DNA of 64,000 nt, from IMG/VR virus record IMGVR_UViG_3300034418_006598; one strand, 5' to 3'. This document shows, piece after piece, positions 28,025 to 38,102 of the stretch. The stretch's first letter is position 1. Each line of letters starts with the position of its first letter. The notes beneath the pieces were generated by a model. The model was not told the DNA's origin. It ran no database searches and saw only the letters and a program-made list of their open reading frames with translations. Origin of the DNA: an uncultured virus (IMG/VR IMGVR_UViG_3300034418_006598) (taxonomy: Duplodnaviria; Heunggongvirae; Uroviricota; Caudoviricetes). Made by a program: the position numbers and the translations under genes.

Positions 28025-30780
28025 GAAGAACAAGTTTTAACACATCTGCAAGTTCAAGTGTCCCCCGTAACGGTATTTTTCGTGCCACGGTTGTTTCGGT
28101 TGGTGATGATGACTTGCTAAGGGTGAAGATCCCTAAGCTTGGTTTGAATAACGTGTACGAGGGTGTTCCGTATGCGGGTCCTACGCCTGCTGCCGGGGAT
28201 CTTGTGTTTGTTGGGTTTTTGGAGGGCAAGTCTGGTTCGTTTGTTGCGTTTACGGGCGTGGCCGATTCAGGAAATACTGGTGACCCTGCAGGAGACATTA
28301 CTTCGGTTACTGCCGGTATAGGTATTAGCGGCGGTGGGACTTCTGGGGACGTTACCGTAGATTTTGAACCAAGCGAACTCACAACCGTAACATTAGCGTA
28401 CGACGACAAAGTAGTCATCAGTGATGATAGCGACAGCGGCGAACCCAAACTTGTCCCTATCTCTGAAGTGATCACAACTGCGAATGGTGACGGCGGCGAA
28501 CCTATCGGCCATGAAGATAAATCTGAGAGCGTTATCTCTTTTGATTATTCCACGAGAACTTTCACTATTGCTCCCGTAGGTGATAGTTATGTGGTTTGGT
28601 GTGCCGGTCAGAAGTTTGTTAAGACTGCTCCTGAGAGCGTAGTTATTGGCAGTTCTTCAGATTTGTACTACATTTCGTTTGACGCTGACGGCGTGTTGCA
28701 GGCTACTACGACATTTTACCAGTGGGATTCAGAAACCCCCACTGCCTACATTCACTACAACTCTGGTGAGCCTGCTAAGTACATGCTGTTTGATGAGCGG
28801 CACGGTATTGTTTTGGATTGGCAGACGCACGAATATCTGCATCGAACCCGTGGAGCGGCGATTGCTAATGGCTTCGACGCGTCCAATTTTGATGTTTCTA
28901 CGAAAGATGGAAGCACTGACGATCAGGCGTACATTGATATTGCTAATGGCACGTTCTTTGATGAGGACTTGCAGGTAGATATTGTTCATTCTGATACGCC
29001 CACGGCGAATACGTGGGAGCAAGATTTGCAGGGGCCTGCTCAGATTCCTGTGTTTTATCAGAGTGGTACTACTGGGTGGACTTATGACGCTCCGACTAAC
29101 TTTCCTTTGAAGTATGGCGGCACTCCAAGGCCGACTTATAATTTGAACTCTGGCGGTACATGGAGCACTCCTGAGATCACTTCAAATAATTATGGTATTA
29201 GTTGGATCGTGGCAACTAATCAGTTGAATTATCCTGTGATTGCGATTATGGGTCAGGATTATTACACAAATGTGGGTGATGCTGAGGCGGTGACTTGGGA
29301 TTCTATGGACTTGACTGATTTGCCGGTGGTTGAGTTGCGGGTGTTGTATAAGGTTATTTATCGACAGTTTGGTTCGAACACTCCGGGCGCTTATTTTGTT
29401 GAGGTTGATGATTATCGTAGGGCGTTGTCGTCTGCTACGAGCACGGCTGCGGCTGTGGTGGATCATGGTAATTTGACTGGTTTGGGTGATGATGATCATA
29501 CGCAGTATTTGTTGGTTGATGGTTCTCGGGCTGCTGATGAGTTGACGGTTACTGGTGATCTTGTGGTTGATACGGACACGTTGTTTGTGGATGCTTCAAC
29601 TGATCGTGTCGGTATCGGCACCACGACGCCTGCTACAGCTCTGCATCTTTTTGCAGGTGGCGATACAGTCGATCAGCTTAGGATTTCGTCTACAGGCGGC
29701 ACGCTTTCAGAGTATGGATTCATTGCCCCTGATGCGTCTACGAACTCAGTAAGGTGGGGCTATTGGACGGGGAGCGGGTTCGGAAACAATCACTTTGAGG
29801 GCAATGTTGGCATCGGCACAGGTTCGCCGTCTTACACGCTGGACGTAAATGGCACAGGCAGGTTTACGGGGAACTTGACGTTGGACGGCGACCTGACTGG
29901 CACGTCAAACACGAACTTCTTTGTTGGCAACGACTCAAACGAACGCATCTTGTTCCAAGAGTCCAGCAACCAGATTTTCTTCTACGTCAACGGTGCGTAC
30001 CGTGCGTACTTTACGAGCGGCGGCGACTTCATTCCGTATGCCGACTCAACGTATGACTTGGGAACGTCGTCAGTTCGGTGGGCGCAAACGTATTCTGATT
30101 ACTTCAGGGGAAGTAACGGTAGTGCAAGTGTGCCAGTGTTTTCGTTTGCTAACGACACGAACAGCGGCGTGTATCGTGTTGGCGCTGACCGTCTTGGGTT
30201 TACCACGGGTGGCGCAGCCCGCATGTATATCCAGAACAGTTCGACGGGTTTGAGCGGCAACAGCACCCGTGCCTTCTCGGTGAAGGCCAGCGGAGCGCAC
30301 GAAATGTACCGCACGTCTACTAGCGCTACAGACGGCATCCTTGCTCTCTACTCTGACAACGGTTCAACTGCCGACCTGCAATGGCTTGTGTACGGCGACG
30401 GTGACACCGCCTCCGACACGGGCGTGTACGGCAGCATCTCCGACAACCGTCTGAAGACGAACATCGTTGCGTACAAAGACCCGACCGACGATCTCATGGC
30501 GATCAACGTCATCAAGTACGACCTGTCCAAAACCTCAACTGGCATTGACGACAACGGCGACCCGATCATCGTGGATCGGGACGAAGCAACAACGATGACG
30601 GGTTGGGATGCCCAGCAGGTCCAGACCGTCAAGCCTGGGTTTGTGAAGCTAGATGCTGAGCGAGGCATTCTGTCGGTGAAGTCGTCGGTGTTTGTTCCGT
30701 TGCTGCACCGTGGCTTCCAGGCCCATGAGGAAAAGATTGCGGCGCTTGAGGCTCGTATTGCTGCGCTAGAGGCACAGTAA
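28021..30780 (+). CDS. baseplate spike (gpV/gp5 OB-fold N-terminus) fused to a fibre with C-terminal S74 intramolecular chaperone
   Basis: GIFRATVVSV..LRVKIPKL..P.AGDLVFVGFLEG; RVGIGTTTP repeats; SDNRLKTNI and terminal coiled coil. Confidence 0.7.
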   Translation: MRRTSFNTSASSSVPRNGIFRATVVSVGDDDLLRVKIPKLGLNNVYEGVPYAGPTPAAGDLVFVGFLEGKSGSFVAFTGVADSGNTGDPAGDITSVTAGIGISGGGTSGDVTVDFEPSELTTVTLAYDDKVVISDDSDSGEPKLVPISEVITTANGDGGEPIGHEDKSESVISFDYSTRTFTIAPVGDSYVVWCAGQKFVKTAPESVVIGSSSDLYYISFDADGVLQATTTFYQWDSETPTAYIHYNSGEPAKYMLFDERHGIVLDWQTHEYLHRTRGAAIANGFDASNFDVSTKDGSTDDQAYIDIANGTFFDEDLQVDIVHSDTPTANTWEQDLQGPAQIPVFYQSGTTGWTYDAPTNFPLKYGGTPRPTYNLNSGGTWSTPEITSNNYGISWIVATNQLNYPVIAIMGQDYYTNVGDAEAVTWDSMDLTDLPVVELRVLYKVIYRQFGSNTPGAYFVEVDDYRRALSSATSTAAAVVDHGNLTGLGDDDHTQYLLVDGSRAADELTVTGDLVVDTDTLFVDASTDRVGIGTTTPATALHLFAGGDTVDQLRISSTGGTLSEYGFIAPDASTNSVRWGYWTGSGFGNNHFEGNVGIGTGSPSYTLDVNGTGRFTGNLTLDGDLTGTSNTNFFVGNDSNERILFQESSNQIFFYVNGAYRAYFTSGGDFIPYADSTYDLGTSSVRWAQTYSDYFRGSNGSASVPVFSFANDTNSGVYRVGADRLGFTTGGAARMYIQNSSTGLSGNSTRAFSVKASGAHEMYRTSTSATDGILALYSDNGSTADLQWLVYGDGDTASDTGVYGSISDNRLKTNIVAYKDPTDDLMAINVIKYDLSKTSTGIDDNGDPIIVDRDEATTMTGWDAQQVQTVKPGFVKLDAERGILSVKSSVFVPLLHRGFQAHEEKIAALEARIAALEAQ

Positions 30781-30857
30781 CGCCACGTTTATGGAAACAG
30801 GGTTGCTTCCGTAACCAATATGCAATACAATATTGGAAGCAATCAAAGGAGCTACAT

Positions 30858-31586
30858 ATGTTTCCCAAAACACTTACCCTTGTCGCAGCGCTACTGCTTT
30901 CAGGGTGTGCTGCCGATGACCCGTTAGATATTAATGATCCTGAGCCGCAGGCACTGTCTGTTGTCATGGTTGAAGAAGCTGAAGAGCCTTCACCTACACC
31001 ACGCCGAGTTGAAGACTATTCGTCTGTAGCGCCCGTCGATTTGACCGCTTTACAGCCAGTTATTGAAGTTGTGCTAGATGAATATGCGTGGGGAAGCGGA
31101 GATAACGTAGAAGCCCTACAGGACATCTTGGGGGTCACGGCAGACGGTCAGTACGGTCCTCAAACTCAATCCGTCCATATTGAACTGTTAGAGGGTATGG
31201 GTTGGAGTACCGATAACGTTCCTGACGCTCCGGCTGTAAGTTCAGGAGCATCTTCAAACGCAAACCCTACTCCGCAGTGCACTGAATGGTGGGATGTGGC
31301 CCGTTCTGCAGGTTGGGCTGAAGAAGACCTGCCGAAACTCGGGCGGATCATGTACAAGGAGTCTACTTGTCGGCCAGGGGCTATTAGCCCTACGAGAGAT
31401 TATGGTTTGACTCAGATCAACTGGGCCGCACACGGAAGCCGGTTGACTGGTCTTGGTATCACTCGTGAAGATTTGCTTGACCCATACACTAATCTGGTGC
31501 AAGCCAAGTACATTGCTGATTCGGCTGCTAGTTGGGCTGGCTGCAAGTGGCAACCTTGGCATATGAGTGGCAGCTGGTGCGGGTAA
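30858..31586 (+). CDS. putative lipoprotein with PG-binding and lytic transglycosylase (SLT-like) domains
   Basis: Lipobox LLLSG|C; ADGQYGPQT; IMYKES.C.P.A, DYGLTQIN, LLDPYTNL..A, WQPW. Confidence 0.75.
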   Translation: MFPKTLTLVAALLLSGCAADDPLDINDPEPQALSVVMVEEAEEPSPTPRRVEDYSSVAPVDLTALQPVIEVVLDEYAWGSGDNVEALQDILGVTADGQYGPQTQSVHIELLEGMGWSTDNVPDAPAVSSGASSNANPTPQCTEWWDVARSAGWAEEDLPKLGRIMYKESTCRPGAISPTRDYGLTQINWAAHGSRLTGLGITREDLLDPYTNLVQAKYIADSAASWAGCKWQPWHMSGSWCG

Positions 31587-31625
31587 TGTGTTATAATACT
31601 TGTGTAGTCTATTTTGGAGTGTGTC

Positions 31626-31874
31626 ATGGCTAGAAAGAAAGCTGTTAAAAAAACTGCGCCTGCTAAACCGGCGCCCCCGGCTTTTCCAGGCCGTGCTTTG
31701 CATGAGAACCTGAGATCGGATGTTGTGCGTCCTGTTCAGAACGTTTTGGGTATTAAGGCGGACGGCTGGTATGGTCGAAGGACTCTGGAGGCTGTCGCTG
31801 CTTTTCAGTCAAAGAGCGGCCTTCAGTGTACGGGTATTGTAGACAAGATTACTTGGGACACCTTGTTCCGCTGA
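31626..31874 (+). CDS. stand-alone peptidoglycan-binding domain protein
   Basis: ADGWYGRRT..AVAAFQSKSGL..TGIVDKITW. Confidence 0.75.
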   Translation: MARKKAVKKTAPAKPAPPAFPGRALHENLRSDVVRPVQNVLGIKADGWYGRRTLEAVAAFQSKSGLQCTGIVDKITWDTLFR

Positions 31875-31899
31875 ACAGCTACTAGGGAATAAACGAATA

Positions 31900-32259
31900 G
31901 TGCGATTCTTTTACAAAGCCGAGCTTGACAGAGTAGTTGACGGTGATACCGTTGATCTAATTATTGACTTGGGTTTTGACGTTTTCCACAAAGTAAGAGT
32001 TCGGCTGCACGGGGTCAACGCTCCCGAATCTAGAACCAGAGATCTAGAAGAAAAAGCGCTAGGACTAGCAGCTAAAGACTATGTGTCGAACTGGCTGAGC
32101 GAAAGCGACGAAATCTATATCCGCACGATGAAAGACGGTAGCGGAAAGTATGGTCGCATTTTAGGGTATATTTACAACGACGAAGATATGACTAGTTGTC
32201 TGAATGCTGACATCATTTCAAATGGCCACGGCGTCGAATATTTTGGCGGCAAACGGTAG
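31900..32259 (+). CDS. thermonuclease (SNase-like)
   Basis: RVVDGDTVD, RVRLHGVNAPESRT, GKYGRILG. Confidence 0.9.
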   Translation: MRFFYKAELDRVVDGDTVDLIIDLGFDVFHKVRVRLHGVNAPESRTRDLEEKALGLAAKDYVSNWLSESDEIYIRTMKDGSGKYGRILGYIYNDEDMTSCLNADIISNGHGVEYFGGKR

Positions 32260-32261
32260 CC

Positions 32262-32290
32262 TTGACAGTCGATTATAACCACTATAGAAT
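32262..32290 (+). promoter_or_regulatory. sigma70-type promoter (leaderless)
   Basis: TTGACA-17nt-TAGAAT, 6 nt before ATG 32297. Confidence 0.8.
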
Positions 32291-32296
32291 AGCGAC

Positions 32297-32812
32297 ATGG
32301 ATAAGAAGACAGTAACTGAAGCGGTTAGCAACCAGATCCGTAAGCAAGGATCTGATGATGTTACCCGTGCTTTAGATTTGCTGATTAATAAGAACGGCGT
32401 GTTCAGGACCGATGAGAAATGGGTCCATACTGCTTTGCGTCCGCTTATTGATCGTGGCTACGTTAATCGTGATGGCGCAACACTTACGATCGGTAGAGAC
32501 TTTGAGAGTCTCCTGATTAGCCTTGCTGACGCAGATCTGGGAACCTCTAAGCTACTCAGCGGGTACCGCAGGTTTGTTGCTTCAAAGGTTGAAGAATATG
32601 ATGTGACCGAGTTTACGGTGCTTGAGAAGATGAGTGCTATCCCGACCACTGATGAGAAGATTATCTACCTGACTAGTGTTCTTGCTGACACGTTTGCTAA
32701 GCTTGATGTTGCTTTGGAGAAGACAGCGTTTCTTGAGGGTAAGTTGGCCGAGATGGACATTTCTTTGTCCGTTATGGAGTCTGTGACTTTCGATGAGGAT
32801 TCTGACAGTTAA
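32297..32812 (+). CDS. hypothetical protein
   Basis: 171-aa ORF behind a promoter. Confidence 0.7.
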   Translation: MDKKTVTEAVSNQIRKQGSDDVTRALDLLINKNGVFRTDEKWVHTALRPLIDRGYVNRDGATLTIGRDFESLLISLADADLGTSKLLSGYRRFVASKVEEYDVTEFTVLEKMSAIPTTDEKIIYLTSVLADTFAKLDVALEKTAFLEGKLAEMDISLSVMESVTFDEDSDS

Positions 32813-33053
32813 TGCGAGAGTGCTTGTTACCGTGCTAGAGAACCCTAATCTTACACAGCAACAGATTGCTGACAAAGTAGGAATTAGATATCAGCATGTT
32901 TGGCGGGCACTAGATCGACTTGTTCAAGAAGGCATATTGGAAAAAGAAAGAAAGAACCGGAGAACGTTTTTTTCTGCGGGAAGCAAATTTTACGAACTAG
33001 ACGACATTAAACGACTGAGAGCTTGCCTTTCACAAGTAGATGCGTTAAACTGA
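32793..33053 (+). CDS. winged HTH (MarR/AsnC-like) DNA-binding protein
   Basis: NPNLTQQQIADKVGI....V.RALDRLVQEGILEKER. Confidence 0.75.
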   Translation: MRILTVNARVLVTVLENPNLTQQQIADKVGIRYQHVWRALDRLVQEGILEKERKNRRTFFSAGSKFYELDDIKRLRACLSQVDALN

Positions 33054-33067
33054 AAGCAGTGATTCAA

Positions 33068-33826
33068 ATGGCAAAAATCTTATACTACGATATCGAGACC
33101 GCACCGAACCTCAGTATGGTGTGGGGACAGTACGAGCAGAACGTGATTGCGCACGAGCGGGAATGGTATATGCTTTGTGTTTCGTACCGTTGGGAGCATG
33201 AGAACAAGACACATGTGACTTCTCTTGTTGACTTCCCTTCCTTCTACAAGAAGGATCCAGAAAACGATTTCCCTGTCGTTAAGAAGCTGTGGGAACTGTT
33301 TGACGAAGCTGATATTGTGATCGCACACAACGGCGATAGGTTCGATATGCGTAAGGCTAACGCTCGTTTTGTTGCCCACGGCTTAGGTCCGGCTTCTCCT
33401 GTTAAGTCTGTAGATACTTTGAAGGCCGCTCGTAGGTACTTTATGTTCAACAGTAACAAGCTGGATCATCTGGGCGATCATCTAGGTGTTGGTCGTAAGG
33501 TTTCTACGGGAGGGTTTGAAACTTGGGCAGGCTGTATGCGTGGCGACATGAAGTATTGGAAGTTGATGATTAAGTACGCTAAGCAGGATGTTGATTTGCT
33601 CCGCAAAGTTTACATGAAGTTGCGTCCTTGGATGACGAACCACCCGAACCTTAACGTGTATGATGGTGGACATAACTGCCCGACTTGTGGCTCTAGCAAG
33701 CTACAAAAGCGAGGTGTACGTTACACCCAGGTCGCTACGTATCAGCAGTGGCAGTGCAACGACTGCAAGTCGTACAGTAGAACCCGAGTTTCTGAACAGG
33801 TCGAACGTCCCTCAATCGTCCCGTAA
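33068..33826 (+). CDS. RNase H-like (DnaQ/YprB-type) exonuclease with C-terminal Zn ribbon
   Basis: ILYYDIET, IAHNGDRFD, SVDTL, NKLDHL, YAKQDV; CPTC...CNDC. Confidence 0.85.
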   Translation: MAKILYYDIETAPNLSMVWGQYEQNVIAHEREWYMLCVSYRWEHENKTHVTSLVDFPSFYKKDPENDFPVVKKLWELFDEADIVIAHNGDRFDMRKANARFVAHGLGPASPVKSVDTLKAARRYFMFNSNKLDHLGDHLGVGRKVSTGGFETWAGCMRGDMKYWKLMIKYAKQDVDLLRKVYMKLRPWMTNHPNLNVYDGGHNCPTCGSSKLQKRGVRYTQVATYQQWQCNDCKSYSRTRVSEQVERPSIVP

Positions 33827-33830
33827 TAAT

Positions 33831-34064
33831 ATGACACTTGAAGAAGATCTTTACGAGTCCGTGCCCGATAGGCTGTATTATGATCGTAGCTACACGACAT
33901 GGTACGCCTGCTACGACAGTGACCTGTGTGTACTGACAAACAGTACGGGTACTTTAGAATCGTTCTGCTATTCGTCTAAGAGCGAGTACAGAGACGTGCG
34001 GAGGACAATTGTAGAAGAATACGACCTTAAGCAGGTGAAGCAAACATATGTTGAAGATGACTGA
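33831..34064 (+). CDS. hypothetical protein
   Basis: ATG directly after upstream stop; fills the gap to guaB. Confidence 0.55.
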   Translation: MTLEEDLYESVPDRLYYDRSYTTWYACYDSDLCVLTNSTGTLESFCYSSKSEYRDVRRTIVEEYDLKQVKQTYVEDD

Positions 34065-35070
34065 AACTGAAGGACTTTCTTTCGAAGATGTCCTTATTGT
34101 TCCTCGGTATTCGGAAGTTCGTAGCCGGTCAGACGTAGATTTGTCTACTCGTTTAGGCCATGTTGATATGCGGATTCCTATAATCGCTGCCAACATGGAT
34201 ACTGTTTGCGGGCATGAAATGGCTGGAGCTTTGGATCGTTTGGGAGGTTTCGGTGTAATTCACCGCAACATCCCTCTGAAGACTATGGATCCGCTAGCGT
34301 CCCGATTTGGTTGTGTGGCAGGTAGAACTAACCGCACTGCTGTAGCGTTTGGCGTCAACGACGACCTTGATACGGTAATTAGAGAGGTCAACAATTGGCG
34401 AACTAAGATCGTTGTCCTAGATATTGCCCACGGCCACAGCGCTCACGCATTGGACGCTATCCACTACATTAAGGATCAGTTTGATCACGAAGTGACGATT
34501 GTCGGTGGTAATGTTGCTACCGGTCAGGGTGTTGCTGACTTTGCTGAAGCTGGTGCTAATGTCGTTAAGGTCGGTATCGGTCCGGGCGGTGCTTGCTCGA
34601 CCAGGGTTGTAACAGGTGTTGGCGTTCCGCAGCTAACTGCTATTGCTGATTGTGCTGAAGCCGCCGACGCCTATGATGTGCAGATTATTGCTGATGGCGG
34701 TATTAAGACTCCAGGCGACGCTGCTAAGGCGCTCGGTGCTGGAGCGGATGCCGTCATGATTGGCAACATGTTTGCAGGCACCGACGAGGCCCCAGGCGAG
34801 ATCATGGAAGTTGACGGCAAGAAGGTAAAGGCTTACCGTGGTATGGCTTCAACAGCCGCAGGCTCTGACTACCCCGAGGGCGTGTCAGGCTACGTTGACT
34901 ACAAGGGCAGCGTTGAATCCATCGTTGAAGGGTTGGAGCGAGGCATTAAGTCTACTTGCAGCTATGTGGGAGCGAAGAACATTCTTGAGCTTCATAACAA
35001 CGCTACGTTTATGAAAGTTTCCAACGCCTCCTTGCGTGAGTCCGCTCCGCACGATATGATTGTGGCATGA
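34057..35070 (+). CDS. guaB: IMP dehydrogenase / GMP reductase family protein (no CBS domains)
   Basis: [65 protein letters not shown]. Confidence 0.85.
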   Translation: MTETEGLSFEDVLIVPRYSEVRSRSDVDLSTRLGHVDMRIPIIAANMDTVCGHEMAGALDRLGGFGVIHRNIPLKTMDPLASRFGCVAGRTNRTAVAFGVNDDLDTVIREVNNWRTKIVVLDIAHGHSAHALDAIHYIKDQFDHEVTIVGGNVATGQGVADFAEAGANVVKVGIGPGGACSTRVVTGVGVPQLTAIADCAEAADAYDVQIIADGGIKTPGDAAKALGAGADAVMIGNMFAGTDEAPGEIMEVDGKKVKAYRGMASTAAGSDYPEGVSGYVDYKGSVESIVEGLERGIKSTCSYVGAKNILELHNNATFMKVSNASLRESAPHDMIVA

Positions 35071-37001
35071 GTGAAGACACCTCCCTTACTTTGTTTGATG
35101 ACTGGCTGCATGAGACGTATGTAGCTGATACATCTATCGGTAACGTCACGCTGGTAAGGTCTGACGACGATTTCGCTAATTTCAGAGACTGGCTGTTCAG
35201 TAAGCAGCGTCCTCTTGCATACGACATTGAGGCCACGGGCCTTGATATTTTCTCCACAACTTGGGAGATTAAGAGTATTCAGTGGGGAGATCAGGATGAA
35301 GCGTTTGTGTTTATTTGGAAAGAGCCGTGGTTTCAGCGATCTATTGATATCGTGATGAACGAGACCGATTGTAGGCTTCTGGCCCATAACGCCGTTTTCG
35401 ATGCGTTGGGACTGGATCGCCACGATCACGTTGACGCTATCGAACTTTTAGATAGAACTTACGATACAAAGATTTTGTCGCATTTGGCTGATCCTCGTAG
35501 CCGAGTTGAGGGCGGGGTAGGTCACGGTTTGAAGAACCTTGCAGCGCATCATGTTGACAAGAGTGCTCCTGATTCGGATCAGGCTCTTAAGGATTTGTTT
35601 AAGCAGCAGAAGTGGTCTGTTAAGGAAGGTTGGCGAAACATTCCTGCAGCACATCCGACGCTGGTTCACTATGCGGGCACGGACGTTATTTTGACGGCTC
35701 GTTTGTTTCCTCATTTGCGTAAGGAGATCAAACGTCAAACTATGGACCATTTGGTCAGGTATGAGCATCAGATTCTGAAGCTTGTGGCCGACATGGAGCG
35801 TCGGGGCCTGCGTATTGACGTCGGCTATGCCGAGCAGCTTGTTGAGCAAATGAATGCTGAAGAGCAGGCCCATATTGATGTCGTTCGTTCGTTTGGGGTC
35901 GAAAACCATAACGCTACGAAAGATGTAGCTGAGGCTTTGACTAAGCTGGGGGTGCGGCTTACCGAAACTACTGCTTCGGGCGGGCTGAAGGTCGATAAGA
36001 TGGTTTTGCAGTCTGTTATTGACGATGAGGACTCTGGTATGGCTGGAGAGCTTGCCCGTGCAGTTATGGCTGCTAAGAACAGTGCTAAATGGCGAGATAG
36101 TTACGTAATCGCTTCTCTTGCCAGTATGGACAGCAATTTGAGAGTCCATCCAAAAATGAACAGCTTGCAGGCACGGACAGGCAGAATGTCTTTGACTGAC
36201 CCTCCGTTGCAGCAGCTACCGTCTAGCGGTGATGTTATACGTCGAATGTTCCTCGCAGAAGAAGGATGCCGGATGGCTTCTATCGACTTCTCTGGAGTTG
36301 AGCTAAGAGTTTTAGCTGCGCTTTCCCAAGACCCTGTTATGTTGCAGGTGTTCAAAGAAGGTGGCGATCTGCACCAAACCACCGCTGACAACACGGGAGT
36401 TACCAGAAAGATCGCTAAAACAGTTAACTTCGGTAAGGTTTACGGGGCAGGTCCCCAGACACTTTCTAGACAATCAGGGCTTTCAGTTGAAGAAGCCCAG
36501 AAAGTGTGCGACTTGTTCGACAGTACCTATCAGGGCGTGACCCGCTATGCACACCAGCTAGCTCATCCTGTTAAAACCGGCAAACGCAACTATGTTATTA
36601 CACACACGGGCAGGAAGCTTCCTGTAGACGCTGAGAGGCCCTACGCTGCCCTCAACTACTGCATTCAGTCCACGGCCCGAGATGTTCTTGGTAGAGCCAT
36701 GGTGAAGCTGTACGAGGCCGGTTATTGGGACTATGCTTTGCTTCCTATCCACGATGAGATCTTGTTTAGTTTCCCTGAGGAAACAGCTGTGGAGATGTGC
36801 AGGGAAGCTGGTGTAATTATGGAGATGATCCTCAAAGATGTACACATTTCTACTGAGCCTGATCTTGGAGGAGAGTCATGGGGCACACTATATACAGAAG
36901 GCGAACATGAAGTGATTGAGTTGACTGACGACGACCGCAAGAAGTATGGTGACGAGACTTTACGGAAGGCACTTTTTGAGTCACCGACTTACGAGTTTTA
37001 G
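35067..37001 (+). CDS. polA: family A DNA polymerase (3'-5' exonuclease plus polymerase, no 5'-3' exonuclease)
   Basis: YDIEATG, AHNAVFD, RTGRMS, DFSGVELRVLA (motif A), RKIAKTVNFGKVYG (motif B), IHDEI (motif C). Confidence 0.95.
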   Translation: MSEDTSLTLFDDWLHETYVADTSIGNVTLVRSDDDFANFRDWLFSKQRPLAYDIEATGLDIFSTTWEIKSIQWGDQDEAFVFIWKEPWFQRSIDIVMNETDCRLLAHNAVFDALGLDRHDHVDAIELLDRTYDTKILSHLADPRSRVEGGVGHGLKNLAAHHVDKSAPDSDQALKDLFKQQKWSVKEGWRNIPAAHPTLVHYAGTDVILTARLFPHLRKEIKRQTMDHLVRYEHQILKLVADMERRGLRIDVGYAEQLVEQMNAEEQAHIDVVRSFGVENHNATKDVAEALTKLGVRLTETTASGGLKVDKMVLQSVIDDEDSGMAGELARAVMAAKNSAKWRDSYVIASLASMDSNLRVHPKMNSLQARTGRMSLTDPPLQQLPSSGDVIRRMFLAEEGCRMASIDFSGVELRVLAALSQDPVMLQVFKEGGDLHQTTADNTGVTRKIAKTVNFGKVYGAGPQTLSRQSGLSVEEAQKVCDLFDSTYQGVTRYAHQLAHPVKTGKRNYVITHTGRKLPVDAERPYAALNYCIQSTARDVLGRAMVKLYEAGYWDYALLPIHDEILFSFPEETAVEMCREAGVIMEMILKDVHISTEPDLGGESWGTLYTEGEHEVIELTDDDRKKYGDETLRKALFESPTYEF

Positions 37002-37163
37002 GCTCGTATTACTTACAAAACCGGCGACTTACTAGCATTTCTTCAAAATTATTCGCAAAACTTGGCGATGTGGGGTTGTGTCCCCGTTTGATCGGTGCTA
37101 AAGTCTCCGACATCTTCCGCAAAGCGCAGAAGATACCGTATATCCCAGATGAAAGGCAGCTAT

Positions 37164-38087
37164 ATGGCTGGATACACTCTCAGTTCAAAGCACAAGATTC
37201 TTACCCGTGAAGAAGAAATTGTGTTGGGGCGGGCAATTCAAGAAGGACTAGAAGCCGACCGGATTCTCAACGAATCCCACATCGAAGGCATCAGCATTGA
37301 TCCCATGGAGAGGCGACGACTCAACGCAGCCGTTCGGGAAGGTAAGCGCTCCAAGGACACGTTCGTTTCACACAACTTGCGGCTAGCGATGGACACTGCA
37401 GCCAAGTACGCACGTTCACAGTCCCGCATGGAGTACGAAGATCTCATTCAGGAGGCCACGATTGGCCTTATGCGTGCGGCAGATAAGTTCGATCCTGAGC
37501 GTGGGTTCAAGTTCTCTACATATGCTACGTGGTGGTGCCGACAGGCTTGCCAGCGTGCCATAGCGAACCAGGGCCGTGCTATACGTCTGCCTATGCATGT
37601 GGAGGCTGATGTGCGTAAGCTTGCTGCTGTGGTTGAGGAGTTTGAGTCGAGCCGTAGCAGTTTCTCGATGTATGAGATTGCCGATTATCTGGATTGGGAA
37701 GACGATTATTTGGATGAGATTTGGGGTCATATGGAGAACACGAAGTTGGAGTCTTTGGATGTTCCGTTGAGCGAGGAGAGCATGGTTTCGCATGCTGACA
37801 CGTTGGTGAATTCGGATCAGATTGCGGTAGAGGACGCAGGTATTGAGGGCAGTTTCGCTGACGATATCATGCAGGCTTTGTCGATTCTGCCTGACCGGGA
37901 GTATGATGTGTTGATTAAGCATCATGGTCTTGCGGGTCAGGGTGCTCCGAAGACGTTGCAGGAGATTGGCGAGTCGATGGGTTTGACTCGTGAGCGTGTC
38001 CGGCAGCTAGAGGCTAAGGCTATTGCCCGGTTGCGGCATCCTTCTTCTGGGATTGCTTGGGCGTTTAGTCAAGAAAACGACGACTGA
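37164..38087 (+). CDS. RpoD/sigma70 family sigma factor (regions 1.2-4)
   Basis: LTREEE..L, NLRLA, DLIQEA.IGLMRAADKFDPERGFKFSTYATWW.RQA, IRLP.H, TLQEIG..MGLTRERVRQLE. Confidence 0.93.
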   Translation: MAGYTLSSKHKILTREEEIVLGRAIQEGLEADRILNESHIEGISIDPMERRRLNAAVREGKRSKDTFVSHNLRLAMDTAAKYARSQSRMEYEDLIQEATIGLMRAADKFDPERGFKFSTYATWWCRQACQRAIANQGRAIRLPMHVEADVRKLAAVVEEFESSRSSFSMYEIADYLDWEDDYLDEIWGHMENTKLESLDVPLSEESMVSHADTLVNSDQIAVEDAGIEGSFADDIMQALSILPDREYDVLIKHHGLAGQGAPKTLQEIGESMGLTRERVRQLEAKAIARLRHPSSGIAWAFSQENDD

Positions 38088-38102
38088 GGTTCCTGAAGAT
38101 AA

